From NCBI RefSeq assembly GCF_001194135.2, contig NC_068985.1:77500568-77564567 (forward strand): a stretch of 64,000 nucleotides of DNA, written 5' to 3'. Shown piece by piece: positions 51,655-64,000 of the stretch. A program made the translations under genes and the position numbers. The notes below the pieces were generated by a model that did not search any database, was not told where the DNA came from, and worked only from the letters and a program-made list of their open reading frames with translations. The first letter of the stretch is position 1. Each line of letters begins with the position of its first letter. The DNA is from Octopus bimaculoides. Taxonomy: Eukaryota.

Positions 51655-52893
51655 ATATTTATCTTTGTATGTTTGATAAAACGCATTCAAACCATTATCA
51701 TGTCGTTTTGTATATCAGGGACTATATTGTCAAATGTATCCAGGAAGTTTAGTTGCTATTTCTAACAGTTGAGGAGATTGGCATCTACCCCTGCTAGTAT
51801 GCATTCCTGCAAATTGTTGTGTGTGTGTGTGTACTGTTGTCAATGTGTTACTGTGTGTCAGTATATTAGTGTTACAGAGAGTCACTGGAGCAAGATTTGT
51901 CCCTTGGTTTTATCAGGTTTAGCTACCATATAGAAATACTGGAGCTGGCTTACACACACACGTGCACGAAACTATGATTTGAGTGAAAGTTGGCTGCTGT
52001 TTCTATTAGGGGTAAATGGTCTGTTCCAGCAGCAAAAACAAAAGTACTTGCAATCTGTTGAAATATTTTTATAGTGTATGCAGCACATGAAATCAAGTGA
52101 TTTGATTGGTCACTCAGTTTATTTCCTTGAGTAGGGCCATTTCAACTTCTGTCTATGGTTTATTTAAAATAGGAAGGGCAGCTCCCATGGTCATTGCAAG
52201 ATCTGGAGGAGGGGAAAGGGAGGAACACTTTATAACTAATAGTTTTTTCCAGTAGAAACCAGTACATTTAATTATCAGAGGATTCATTGAATACTTGTAA
52301 TTGATTAGCTTCTGCTAAAAACATTAAGCAGCATTCTGGATGTGTTACACCAGGCTATGAATTAAATCTGTTAACGAAGAACAGGTGCAGCCTAGTAGTT
52401 TCTACAAAGTTTCTATCTAATTTCACTCACAATACTTAGCTTGACTTGAGGCTATGTTAAAAGACACCTGTCCAAAGTGTTGTATACTGTAATTAAACCT
52501 GAAATCATGTGATTGCAAAGTAAACATTTTAACCATATGATCATACCTTCACCTTTTCTGTGTTGTGCCCCTAAGCAAAGCAACCAAATGTACATGGTGC
52601 AGTTTCTCAAACTAACAACAAACTCCCATTTTACTTTACAGTGGAGTGCTTAGAGATAAGAATATTCTTCCTTTCACTGGTTATGCAAGGAATTCAAATC
52701 AAGAACTGTAGTAACAACAATAATATAGTATTAAAATGTGTTCTACAAGCATGTCTTCATATGTCATCATTTAAATGTTCACTTTTCTATGCTTGCATGT
52801 GTCATACAGAATTATGGCAGGTTTTCTGTAATTGGTTACCCCTCCTCTTGTCAACCCTCACCTATTTCTGAGCAAAGTAATAATCCTCTAGGC

Positions 52894-53138
52894 CAGTGGT
52901 TCTCAGCTGGAGTTTATGTGGCCCTTTGGTGTCCATATAAGGTTTTTCTATAATAAAAATTTGTGTGTAAAAAGTTGATTATATTTCTACAATACACAAA
53001 ATATTTAAACATTAAAAAAAAAAAATTCCTAATATTTAACCATTGAAAATATAATTGGAGTTTTTAGACATTGAATGGCGATGTGGGTCCGACCCCCTAA
53101 CTAAAATAGGAGCTAAAGGGGTCCATAGGCCACCACTG
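52894..53138 (-). mobile_element. hAT-type MITE, same family as 38145-38418, reversed
   Basis: Starts CAGTGGTTCTCAGC and ends ACCACTG; flanks CTCTAGGC and TCTAGGC. Confidence 0.7.
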
Positions 53139-53506
53139 TCTAGGCTCTCAAACAATGAACAGCCCAAACTTAGTTGCACACTTTTTTGTTCAGAAAGATA
53201 GTACAACATGTGAAAGAAGCCTGGATATTCTTCTGTGGTTGACTGCAAGTATACAATACTGTTTGTATTTGATTGTGGAGGCTGTTTTGTTTACAAGTTA
53301 GTGAACACTTACAACAGAGAAAATATGAACTCTCACTCTCTCACACATACATACATACATACATACATGCATGCCTCCTTGGTTTCAGTCTCACTCACAA
53401 GGTGTTGTTGGACTGCAGTTTTTGCACAGAACATTTGTCGACAAGGTTTTAAAGCAAACTTTTAGCTGCACAACTTTAAACACACACACACACACACACA
53501 CACACA

Positions 53507-54323
53507 NNNNNNNNNNNNNNNNNNNNNNNNNNNNNNNNNNNNNNNNNNNNNNNNNNNNNNNNNNNNNNNNNNNNNNNNNNNNNNNNNNNNNNNNNNNNNN
53601 NNNNNNNNNNNNNNNNNNNNNNNNNNNNNNNNNNNNNNNNNNNNNNNNNNNNNNNNNNNNNNNNNNNNNNNNNNNNNNNNNNNNNNNNNNNNNNNNNNNN
53701 NNNNNNNNNNNNNNNNNNNNNNNNNNNNNNNNNNNNNNNNNNNNNNNNNNNNNNNNNNNNNNNNNNNNNNNNNNNNNNNNNNNNNNNNNNNNNNNNNNNN
53801 NNNNNNNNNNNNNNNNNNNNNNNNNNNNNNNNNNNNNNNNNNNNNNNNNNNNNNNNNNNNNNNNNNNNNNNNNNNNNNNNNNNNNNNNNNNNNNNNNNNN
53901 NNNNNNNNNNNNNNNNNNNNNNNNNNNNNNNNNNNNNNNNNNNNNNNNNNNNNNNNNNNNNNNNNNNNNNNNNNNNNNNNNNNNNNNNNNNNNNNNNNNN
54001 NNNNNNNNNNNNNNNNNNNNNNNNNNNNNNNNNNNNNNNNNNNNNNNNNNNNNNNNNNNNNNNNNNNNNNNNNNNNNNNNNNNNNNNNNNNNNNNNNNNN
54101 NNNNNNNNNNNNNNNNNNNNNNNNNNNNNNNNNNNNNNNNNNNNNNNNNNNNNNNNNNNNNNNNNNNNNNNNNNNNNNNNNNNNNNNNNNNNNNNNNNNN
54201 NNNNNNNNNNNNNNNNNNNNNNNNNNNNNNNNNNNNNNNNNNNNNNNNNNNNNNNNNNNNNNNNNNNNNNNNNNNNNNNNNNNNNNNNNNNNNNNNNNNN
54301 NNNNNNNNNNNNNNNNNNNNNNN
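53507..54323. other. Assembly gap (largest of nine; others at 6956-7004, 11307-11586, 12023-12032, 33301-33468, 45855-46348, 50655-50664, 51337-51619, 63195-63692)
   Basis: Runs of N, mostly flanked by microsatellites or tandem units. Confidence 1.
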
Positions 54324-54371
<48 letters not shown>

Positions 54372-55619
54372 AAATATAAATATACGACACTTGCCTAAGG
54401 TGCCACTCTGGATTTAGAACCATAGCAAAATAACCTTTTTTAGTTTCACTTGTGTGCTGTATACATATATAAAATTTATAAAGTGAGCAATGTGAAAGAG
54501 AGATAGTACTTTGCATGATGTTGACAACATTTTCTATGGGACAGTCTTTGAACTGCCTATTTGACATAAATTTTTTCTTGTGTATGGGTAGGCTACTTAT
54601 AGGGCATTTTGGTGTTGAGAAAACTTATTTTATTTTTTTTACCCGCTTGACAAGGTTTCATTTGTCAGATAACAAAATGTAAAAATGGTTATGACGCCAA
54701 GGAAATATTGATAAGATTGGCAAAGGAAAAACAAGGTGACTCAAGTTAAGTGGTATAATCTCCAGGCTGTCAGTATATCTGAAGAGAAACTGACCTTTGA
54801 GAGCAAGGAAGAAAAATATATAATATATATATAAAAAAAAAACCAGTTGTGAAATACTTAATACTCCAGTAACAATCATTTGAGTGTCTCATTAGAGAAT
54901 AACATGAAAAAATGTCTACCATTATCATCATCATTTATGTTCTACATACTTTGTGCTGCTGGCATGGGTTTCACTCAATGAAAGACAGAGCTTCTCACTC
55001 CTATCTATTTTACATAGCATTAAATCATTTTGGTAAATATTTCAATTCTGTCAGCATATACTGTTTTCACTGAAAGTAGCAACAGTGGAGGGAGAATGTA
55101 TTTTCACTTCAGATTTCTCATCAATCCTAAAGAATTGAAGAACTCAACCAAATAAGAACAGAATGATTTAAATACCATTTTTTTCCTTCAAGCACTAGTT
55201 TTTCCTTTGAACACTAAGTTAACAATAACTCATTCTATTCTTTTATTTCTTTTCTTTAAAAAGTTTGGAAATACAATGAAGTGAGCTATCTAAATGCCTT
55301 TATTGTCATCATTGTTATTTTTAGGTATATTTTTTTATGCTGGCATGGTTTATATAAGTTTTCAGTCTTGGTCTTCTGTCAATTCTTGGATATCGCTAGG
55401 TTCTTATGTTTGCTTTCACTTTTTTGTCCTCCTTTTGCCATGTAATATATATTGACACAGTGTGTTTCAAAATATGATTGAATTAGTTTTAATCAACTAC
55501 TTCCACCTGCTGCCAATAATCTACCTTAGAGTATTTCAAACTTTTCTTAACTTTTCTCTCTATGTGGATTGCTGCATGCTAAAAGAAATTAATTGAATGT
55601 CTCTAGCTCAAGTTTGTGC

Positions 55620-55995
55620 AGGCATGGCTACATGGTAAGACTTTTGCTTCCCAGTCACATGGTTCCGGGTTCATTTTCTGTGTGACATCTTGGACAAATG
55701 TCTTCTATTATAACCCCAGGCCAACCAAAGCCTTGTGAGTGGATTTGGTGAACAGAAGCTGAAAGACTGAAAGAAGCACATTGTGTATGCATACATATTT
55801 GTGTGTGTTTATGTTTGTACTCCACCACTGTTTGACAACTGGTGTTGGTTTGTTTATGTCTCCGTAACTTAGCAGTTACCTACAGAATAAGTATCCAACT
55901 TTAAAAAAATCAGTACCAGGGTTGATTCATTCAATTAAAGCCCTTCTAAGCAGTGCTGCAGCATTGCTCTAGTTCAATGATAGAAACATGTAAAA
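55620..55995 (+). mobile_element. SINE family A, full length, tail variant 1
   Basis: Head GCATGGCT..TTTGCTTCCCAGTCACATGGTTCCGGGTTCA, core CCAAAGCCTTGTGAGTGGATTTGG, tail TTCAATGATAGAAACATGTAAAAGA. Confidence 0.85.
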
Positions 55996-56097
55996 GATAA
56001 AAGGTGTATTTGTGTGTGTGTCTTTATGTCTGTGTTTGCTCCCCACCACCACTTGACAACTGCTGTTGATGCAGATACAAAGACACACATACATACA

Positions 56098-56228
56098 ATG
56101 GGCTTCTTTCAGTTTCTGGCTACCAAATACACTCACAAGGCTTTGGTCAGCCCGAGGCTGTAGTAGAAGACACTTGCCCAAGGTGCCACATAGTGGGACT
56201 GAACTCGGAAACATGTGATTGGGAAGCC
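56098..56228 (-). mobile_element. SINE family A head and core, inverted relative to 55620-55995
   Basis: GGGCTTCTTTCAGTTTC..CACTCACAAGGCTTTGGTC..GACACTTGCCCAAGGTGCCAC..GGGACTGAAC. Confidence 0.85.
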
Positions 56229-57499
56229 TGCACCTATGATACCTTTTTTTGTAACATTATATTGGAGGGACATTTTTTTTCTTTGAAGGCCATCATGATT
56301 ATGTAAAAAAGCTGTGGTGTATTACAACTGTTGTGTATTACCCTACATCATTGATGTAGGTTAAAATCAGGCTGGTTGAACTTACTTGTCTCCAAGCATT
56401 GTATACAAGGGGATTTGAAGTTAGATAGCATTGTTAGCATGGTACTTGTTTAGAACTAGTTGAAGGGCCATTTAAGAATCTATTTATTCTTCCATGGACA
56501 TAACACAGTACAAGTAATGGGATATAGACCATGAACATTTCTGTAAGATAGTTAATACTATTCTCTAGGCCAGCTAGCTGAAGTTTTCATGTTCTATGGT
56601 GACTTCAATTAAGTAAATTCTTTAACAGTTTGGCATCATTTGGAGGAAAGAATTATGAACTGTTTGGAGTGGTGGTGGAATAAATTGATTCTTTGAACTG
56701 AAAAATTTAGAGATACTAGAACTGATAAAACAAAAACAAGCAAAATAAATATAAATATTTAAATTCCATGAAGTTGAAATTTCTTGAGAATATTTGAATT
56801 AAATTTGTATTTTGCACGATTTCCTCCTCCTGCATTATATCATATTTCATAGATATAATACTTCATTATTCAGAAATGTTTTATACCCAATCCTTTATGA
56901 CTAGGATGGTTTTGTTGGCAGAAAGTATTTCCACAGCTGGATGATGTTCTTTCTACAAAATGCCAAGCGGTATAATTTGAGTGGAACCTCTTTTTAACTG
57001 TGTAAACTTTGGGGAGTTAACTTGTCTTGCCCAGGATTCCAGTGTAGTGACTGAACAAGGGTGTGAACATGTGTGTAGTTAGTCAGGAGTTCACTACCTC
57101 AACATTTGTAATCATTGTGAGGTTGTATATGAAAAGAACATGTTATCATTGTTTTTTATTTAAAAAAAATTTTTTTTTTTGCCTCTGCTTTTCCCACACT
57201 GATATGAGTTATATGAAACTTCTTGAGGCAGTGTTCTATTGTGAGATGCCCTTCATGATGCCAACCCATGTTTTCAAATATGGTACTTTATTCTACTTCT
57301 TTACATATGGAACTCTTAAAGTACTGGACAATGTTCACTCATATAAACACAAATAGTGTTTAAAATTTACAACATTAAGCTACATCTGGTGGCAGGGCTC
57401 CAGTCCTTGAGTTTTGAGGAGTGTGGAGTTGCTCCTTAATTACCATTACTCCCAGGTCCATTCTGCCCAAAATGGTAGCACCTGTCAGGGTCCCATCTA

Positions 57500-57598
57500 G
57501 GGCTATAGTAGAAGACACTTGCCCAAGGTGCCACGCAGTGGGACTGAACCCAAACCATGTGGTTGGTAAGCAAGCTACTTACCACACAGCCACTCCTG
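57500..57598 (-). mobile_element. SINE family A head
   Basis: GGCTATAGTAGAAGACACTTGCCCAAGGTGCCACGCAGTGGGACTGAACCC..ACCACACAGCCAC. Confidence 0.85.
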
Positions 57599-58686
57599 CT
57601 GTGTATGTGGGAGAGAAAAGTTTTGCTAACTCTCCCACTAAATCTTCTGTCAGCTACTTTATTCTGCTACTGCAGAACCTCATCATCATTCTATTAGCCA
57701 TACAATATATTATGGCTCATTGCAATCCTTTATCTCATCTGTAAGGCCCAAGAGCTTGAAATCTGTCCTCACCACTTATCTCCTCCTTTAGTATCTGTCT
57801 CTTCCATAGAGAGCTTCCATTGTCAGCCCCACCATGGCAAAATTTACTACTCCCAGAACTCATCACATATAGTCATCACAACCATCTTTCTTCCAGTTTA
57901 ATGTCCAGCCAGCTAGCCACTCTCTCATCTCACCTGTGTCCCACCTTCCACATAGGTTTCCGCTATAGCATTAATATATCACACCTGACTCACTTCTCAC
58001 CAGTCCCCCACACTTCTTCCATATACAACACTTGTATTTGCTTGTCATACAGCACTACACTCCTTAGGCATTACTTCATCCAATCAGTATTTTGTTACAC
58101 ATACATACACACAAAGATTTTGGTCAAAATATTTGTGTGTGTGTACACACACACACACACATAAAAACAACTACCTAAATAGCTCTTTTAACCATTCCTT
58201 TGTTATAAGGTTTCAGCCTCTTGTTACTTTATACTTACTTACTAGCCTTCACTGATTTGTATCATCATCATGCATTTTTTATACATTTTCTTTCCACATC
58301 AGATTGAGTTCCTCTCTTGTCAGGTCTTTGAACTTTAATATATCTGCATCATGATGACTAATCAGTCACTTCCGCCACTGCCTTCATAATCATCAGTTAT
58401 CATTATTGTTATTATTATATGCAGTGTTGTTAATCATTGTTGTCAGGATGTTACAGTTAAGGTGATACCTCCTCCCCATCATTTTTTGTGGGGAATGCCA
58501 TACTAATGCACAAGTCTGCTGCCTTATCATTTAATCAACTACTTTCCATTCATCTCTTTCAATACGCTGGACTCTGGGACCATGTAAGTTAGGCTGGAAA
58601 TCTGTGGGAAGTATGCTACTATCTCTTTATTAAATATTTCCTATCATTTACTTTTACATTTCTCATCCGAGCAGCAGAGTATTTAC

Positions 58687-58924
58687 TTGACAGTTTCCAA
58701 TTAGAACTGGACTTCCAACTGCTAAACTTGACCAGTTTCTTTCTGTCACATCAGTCATTTTTGACCTTGTTCTTATTGTCATGCTTGAACTAGTTTTCAT
58801 TGCTCTGCTCGACCTAGTTCTTGCTGGCTTACTTGACCTACTTCTTCTTGTCAAGCTCAACCTAGTTCTTGCCATTGCTCTCTGCCTGGTTCTTTGTTAC
58901 ACTTCACCTACTTCTTCCACTTTT
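58687..58924 (-). other. Candidate exon encoding an Arg/Ser-rich 8-aa repeat peptide
   Basis: Acceptor TTTCTTTCTTTCTTTTGCCAG| at 58925, ATG at 58875 in GCAATGG context, possible donor CAA|GTAAAT at 58686, and 24-bp periodicity. No recognised homologue. Confidence 0.3.
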
Positions 58925-59069
58925 CTGGCAAAAGAAAGAAAGAAATCTCAGTTAATGTCCTGTTGGAAAGTTTGACTAGTTGATTCCTATTTCTTTGTTT
59001 CGCTGAATGCTTTGGCAAGTTCTTTAAATTGTCGAGTTCTTATCAACAAAAAATCTTATTAAGATGTAT

Positions 59070-59378
59070 AATTATCTCTTATGCAGAAATTATATTGAAA
59101 TATAATTATCATATATGCACAAATTAAGATATTTATATAAGTAAGTATACAACCTTTTACTTGTTTCAATTATTAGACTGCAGCCATGCTGGGGCACTGC
59201 CTTGAAGAATTTTAAACAAAAGAATTGATTCCAATACTATTTTTTTTGTAAGCCTGGTACTTATTCTGTTAGTCTCTTTTGCCAAACTGCTAAGTTACAG
59301 GGGCACTACTTGTCAAATGGTGGCGGGAGATACACATACACAATGACACACCATGCGTGCACACACACACACACACAC

Positions 59379-59420
<42 letters not shown>

Positions 59421-59960
59421 CTTTCAGTTTCTGTCTACCAAATCCATTCACGAGGCTTTGGTCAGCCTGAGCCTATAGTAAAAGACACTCGCACAAATTG
59501 CCATGCAGTGGAACTGAACCTGGAACCATGTGGTTGAAAAGCAAACTTCTTACTACTCAGCCACACCTACAATATACATAAATTATACTGAAACGTGTTA
59601 TTTATCCAATCTGCATAAATTATACTCAAATATGTAAATATTCAAACCAGATAAATTATATTCAAAAATGTAAATATATGCATAAATTATATCAGAACAT
59701 TTAATTATCCAATACTCATAAATGTTGGAATGTAAAAATATCAAGTACATATAAATTATATTGAAATATCATGCAAACACATGATACACATAAATTATAT
59801 TGAAATATGCAATATAAATATCCTAAATAAATTATATTGAAATAGCATATAAATATCTTAAAAGCATACATTATTTTGAAATATCGTGTAAATATCTTAA
59901 GTTCATAAATTATATTGAATTAATGTCCTAAATACATAAATTAGGTTGAAATGTTATTTC
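59070..59960. repeat. Degenerate AT-rich minisatellite (motif ATAAATTATATTGAAATAT, spacing ~35-40 bp), interrupted by a SINE
   Basis: About ten motif copies between 59577 and 59950, plus one near 59085. Confidence 0.7.
59155..59570 (-). mobile_element. SINE family A, full length, tail variant 1
   Basis: Homologous along its length to 13272-13695, with an internal (CA)n. Confidence 0.9.
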
Positions 59961-61149
59961 TGCATTGTCACATTCATGGGGATTCAAACCACAGCAGTAC
60001 AGCAAAAAAGAACGAAGAGAAAACTGTACTTTGAAAGTGAAATTCTCTTGTGATTATTTCCATGATATGAACATATGTGATCAAATTCCATCTTGGAATT
60101 CTGTGGCAGTCACACATTTTGTTTGTTTCCAAATCACCACTAGTCATCTCACTGGATCTTTGTGGTTTTTGTCATTGTGTACAATTATCTTTAAAAAAAT
60201 ATCTTTTAATGTATCATAGATGTAATTTTTGGCTCTGAATCCAAATTTGTTATTCATTTATACCAGAAAAAATTTACAGGTGTTCAAAATTTTGATCATT
60301 TTCAGAATTTTCAGCCAAACAGAAAACAGCACGTTTGCTGCCTCTTCCATCGTCAGCAGCGGTGGTGGGGGGACATCGGCATGTTAAAACATTGCTAGAA
60401 ATATCAGTCAAAACATTAAAATATACATGAAGTTAACATTAAAACATTCGCAAGCAAATTAAATATTTAAAACAGAGTGCAATGCACTCTAAGATTTTAT
60501 AAAATAAACTAGCTAGCCCTATGTCGTCACATGCACACACATATACTCACACAGAGTTGAAATGCTGTTTGTTTTTACTTTTCAGCATTGAATGTTCACC
60601 ATCTCACTCCCATTGCATGCATGCACACAGAAACATTCACTCACAGAGAGTTGAAATGTTCCCACTACCAGTTTGCCATCACCTTTTCCTTCCTTATTCA
60701 TGTTGTGACAGAGAGAATCACAAGAGTATTATTGTTGTAGAAGATTATCTTTCTCGTATCTCCTTCTCCTCCTTGTGCACATGCACAGTATCTTTGGTTA
60801 CTATAGAAACAGAGTTATCGCAACAGTGATGTATAAAATACATGCTTCTGATTGGCTAGAATACCCAAATTTTGCAAATTTTAAAGGCTAATAACTTTTT
60901 AATTATGAATTTATAGGGAAAATGAATTTCATTTTCATAATTAGTATACACAACTTAATCCATATACCAAATTTGAAAACAACTGGAACAAAATTGTAAA
61001 CAGTGACGAAAACCACAAAGATCCATCTTACTTTGTATCATTATCATAATCATGGCTCAATAGCAAAGTTTGGAAGCTGTTGGGCTCACAACTGCAGACA
61101 ACTCTAGCCAAGATGAACAAAAGAGGGAGCCTGCTGTTGAGTCAGCTAG

Positions 61150-61365
61150 TTATTGCAGCTAATTCTTCTTCAAATCATATATTTGTATGTGCAATACCTA
61201 GAGGTGCTAGTAATCCTGGATCTCCACCTCTTTTTGCATCACTTAATATGTTACTAGGTTGGCCTCGCTGTTGTCAGTTGGTAAGGCCATCAAGTATCTT
61301 CTGTCTTCTTCAGCTTCTTCCTTTCAGTTTTGCAGTGATCAATAAGTGTTCAAGGCTTTATCTTA
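61150..61365 (-). pseudogene. Old LINE ORF2 C-terminal remnant
   Basis: Translates EHLLITAKLKGRS*RRQKILDGLTN, resembling the LE.L..TGKIEG.R.RGRQR.K.LD.L segment of RTE/CR1-like LINE C-termini. Several stop codons. Confidence 0.35.
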
Positions 61366-61945
61366 CTTAAACTTTTGCCTGTCCTAATCATTTTCATAAG
61401 TTTGTCCTAAATGTCTTTGCTTGTTTTCAGGCTTTTTTTTTTCTTAGTTAACCCTTGTTTCATGCATTCTGTATGATGTGATGCTTTTCATTTGCAAGTT
61501 CCAAGTTACTCTGGTAGTTGCAAAAGATTGGGAATGTGTATCAGTCATGCATGGACACCAGGGGAAATATATCATAACAGGCAAAGGATTTACTGTCCAA
61601 CGGATTTAGCCTGTTGCCTTCTTATATTAAGTTTTCTGGTGGTTTCTGCTTGTTGATTACATTAAAATGAGAAATGAATACTTTTGTACAATGATTGCTT
61701 TAACCAAGGATTATATGGGACTAAACAACTACTACTCAAGCACAGTAACTGATTGGAAAGATTTGTAAGAGAAGTATTGACAGTTTTCGTCATAAATATT
61801 TCATACAGACATATCAAAATATCGTGGGTACCTTACACTCATAAACGTAATCAGAATATCATAAGAATGTCTTAATCACACAAATCATAATTGAAATATG
61901 ATATAAACTGCTATTAAACTCAATTACATTGAAATATCATGTAAA

Positions 61946-62065
<120 letters not shown>

Positions 62066-63142
62066 CAAATTAAAATATGATATGAATATCAAGTATGCAC
62101 AAATTGTAATTGAACTGAATACTGTACTCATAGATCCTAATTGAAATATCATATAAATATTACATGCACACACATACATTACAAATTATGATTTAAATAT
62201 TATATGAATATCATACACATACACAACAAATTATAATTAAAACATGAATGTTGCACATGAGCACAGCTGTGTAGTTAAGTTCAGTTTGCAAAGTGGTGAC
62301 TTGGCACAGATGTTAGAGTGCCAGTCAAAAGAATTCATGGTATTTATTCTAGCACCCTGCATTCCGAGTTCAAATCCCACTGATGTCAACTTTACCATTC
62401 ATCTTGTTGGCATCAGTAAATTAGGTAGCAGTCTAGGTGGTGCACCAGCAGATTTGTTAAAGTATTAGTTCAAGTTGTATTGCAGTATTTGTTCTGACTC
62501 TGTACATTTTGGGTTTGAATCCTGCTGTGGGAGGGGTTGAGAAATAAGTCCTTTCTACTATAGTTTCAAGTTGATTAAAGTCTCATGAGAGAAATTTGGT
62601 TGACTTAAATTGTATGAAAACCCACATTCTTTGGTGATAGATTTATTCTTTGCTCATTGAAACTATCACCTGGCATTTATGTGCTTTTAATAGATTCCAT
62701 TCTCTTGCAAGTATTCAGGTCTCCAGTTGGTGGATAACTTTTTCCCTTTCTCCTACTAGTCATAAAGTCCCTGAACAGTGTCCTGCCCACTCTTCCTCTA
62801 AGCCATTAACATATGAAATGTCATCTTTTACTTCTGTCAGTCATTGGATTGTGGCAATGCTGGGGCACCACCACGACAGGTTTTTAGTCAAAAGAGATGA
62901 TGAGCGATGGCTAGAAGAATATTGAGCTTTGTTTGTTAACCAGTTGATCCAGCAAGCGTGCCTCATATCAGTAAGTGGAGGCCAGTGCGCATTGATGTCG
63001 TTGAGACATAGGCCCTGAAATGGTGTGCATTCTTTCCTGATGATCCCATACACTTGCTGGCTTCTGGTATACAGAGCTTATGACTGGTAGCACTTGCATG
63101 CACAAATTGTTTGCAGAACAACTTGTGTGTGTATATGTGTGC

Positions 63143-63194
<52 letters not shown>

Positions 63195-63928
63195 NNNNNN
63201 NNNNNNNNNNNNNNNNNNNNNNNNNNNNNNNNNNNNNNNNNNNNNNNNNNNNNNNNNNNNNNNNNNNNNNNNNNNNNNNNNNNNNNNNNNNNNNNNNNNN
63301 NNNNNNNNNNNNNNNNNNNNNNNNNNNNNNNNNNNNNNNNNNNNNNNNNNNNNNNNNNNNNNNNNNNNNNNNNNNNNNNNNNNNNNNNNNNNNNNNNNNN
63401 NNNNNNNNNNNNNNNNNNNNNNNNNNNNNNNNNNNNNNNNNNNNNNNNNNNNNNNNNNNNNNNNNNNNNNNNNNNNNNNNNNNNNNNNNNNNNNNNNNNN
63501 NNNNNNNNNNNNNNNNNNNNNNNNNNNNNNNNNNNNNNNNNNNNNNNNNNNNNNNNNNNNNNNNNNNNNNNNNNNNNNNNNNNNNNNNNNNNNNNNNNNN
63601 NNNNNNNNNNNNNNNNNNNNNNNNNNNNNNNNNNNNNNNNNNNNNNNNNNNNNNNNNNNNNNNNNNNNNNNNNNNNNNNNNNNNNNNNNNNNGTGATGTT
63701 TGGTGTGGTGTAGTGGTGTTGGAGTGTGTGGGAAGCAAGGGTAGGGTCAAGGGATGAGGTGGGGGTGGGATGGTGGGGTAACAAGGGAGGGGTGGTGATG
63801 AAGGGAGAAGGTGGGTAGGAGTGAAGAGAGGTGGATAGGTGGGAAGAAATAGGTGTGAAAGGAAGAGAAGAGGAGGGTTAGATGAAGAGGGGAGGAGAGT
63901 TGAACCCATGTGGTGCAAAGGAGCAAAG

Positions 63929-63988
63929 AGAGAAGATTAATCCCTGCTCACAGCAAAGACAGGAGTCCGGATGGCCCCTGTGCAAGGA
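63929..63988 (+). other. U6 snRNA-like sequence split by a 31-nt insert
   Basis: AGAGAAGATTA (63929-39) and ATGGCCCCTGTGCAAGGA (63971-88) match consecutive parts of the conserved U6 core ACAGAGAAGAUUAGCAUGGCCCCUGCGCAAGGA. Confidence 0.45.
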
Positions 63989-64000
63989 CCGAACACAGAC

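Noticed and set aside
54660-54810. VKWYNLQAVS resembling a piggyBac transposase motif
   Set aside because: The match is too short and flanked by stops; no other catalytic motifs are nearby.

Overview
AT-rich, repeat-dominated eukaryotic DNA with nine N-gaps. The mix of long (TA)n/(CA)n/(CT)n tracts, several abundant tRNA-headed SINE families, RTE LINE tails and a DD37D maT transposon resembles an Octopus/coleoid cephalopod genome; this is an inference from the repeat landscape only. I cannot confidently identify any host protein-coding gene. Supported content: two deletion-derivative maT (Tc1/mariner) copies; an RTE LINE 3' fragment; a 5'-intact but 3'-deleted Tx1/L1-type LINE (ORF1 with zinc knuckle plus APE endonuclease); a solo LTR with a 5-bp TSD; piggyBac-type and hAT-type MITEs; Helitron-like 3' ends; and many SINEs. 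The most notable signal is two diverged loci (32.5-33.3 kb and 50.7-51.3 kb), each with an inverted copy followed by tandem ~351-bp units carrying an intact minimal type I hammerhead ribozyme. The ribozyme stems differ between loci while keeping their pairing, which fits Penelope-like pLTR or non-LTR retrozyme architecture. Also noted: a split U6-like sequence at the window end, a perfect 56-bp palindrome, and a candidate Arg/Ser-rich exon with 24-bp periodicity. Coordinates of degenerate repeats are approximate and read by eye.
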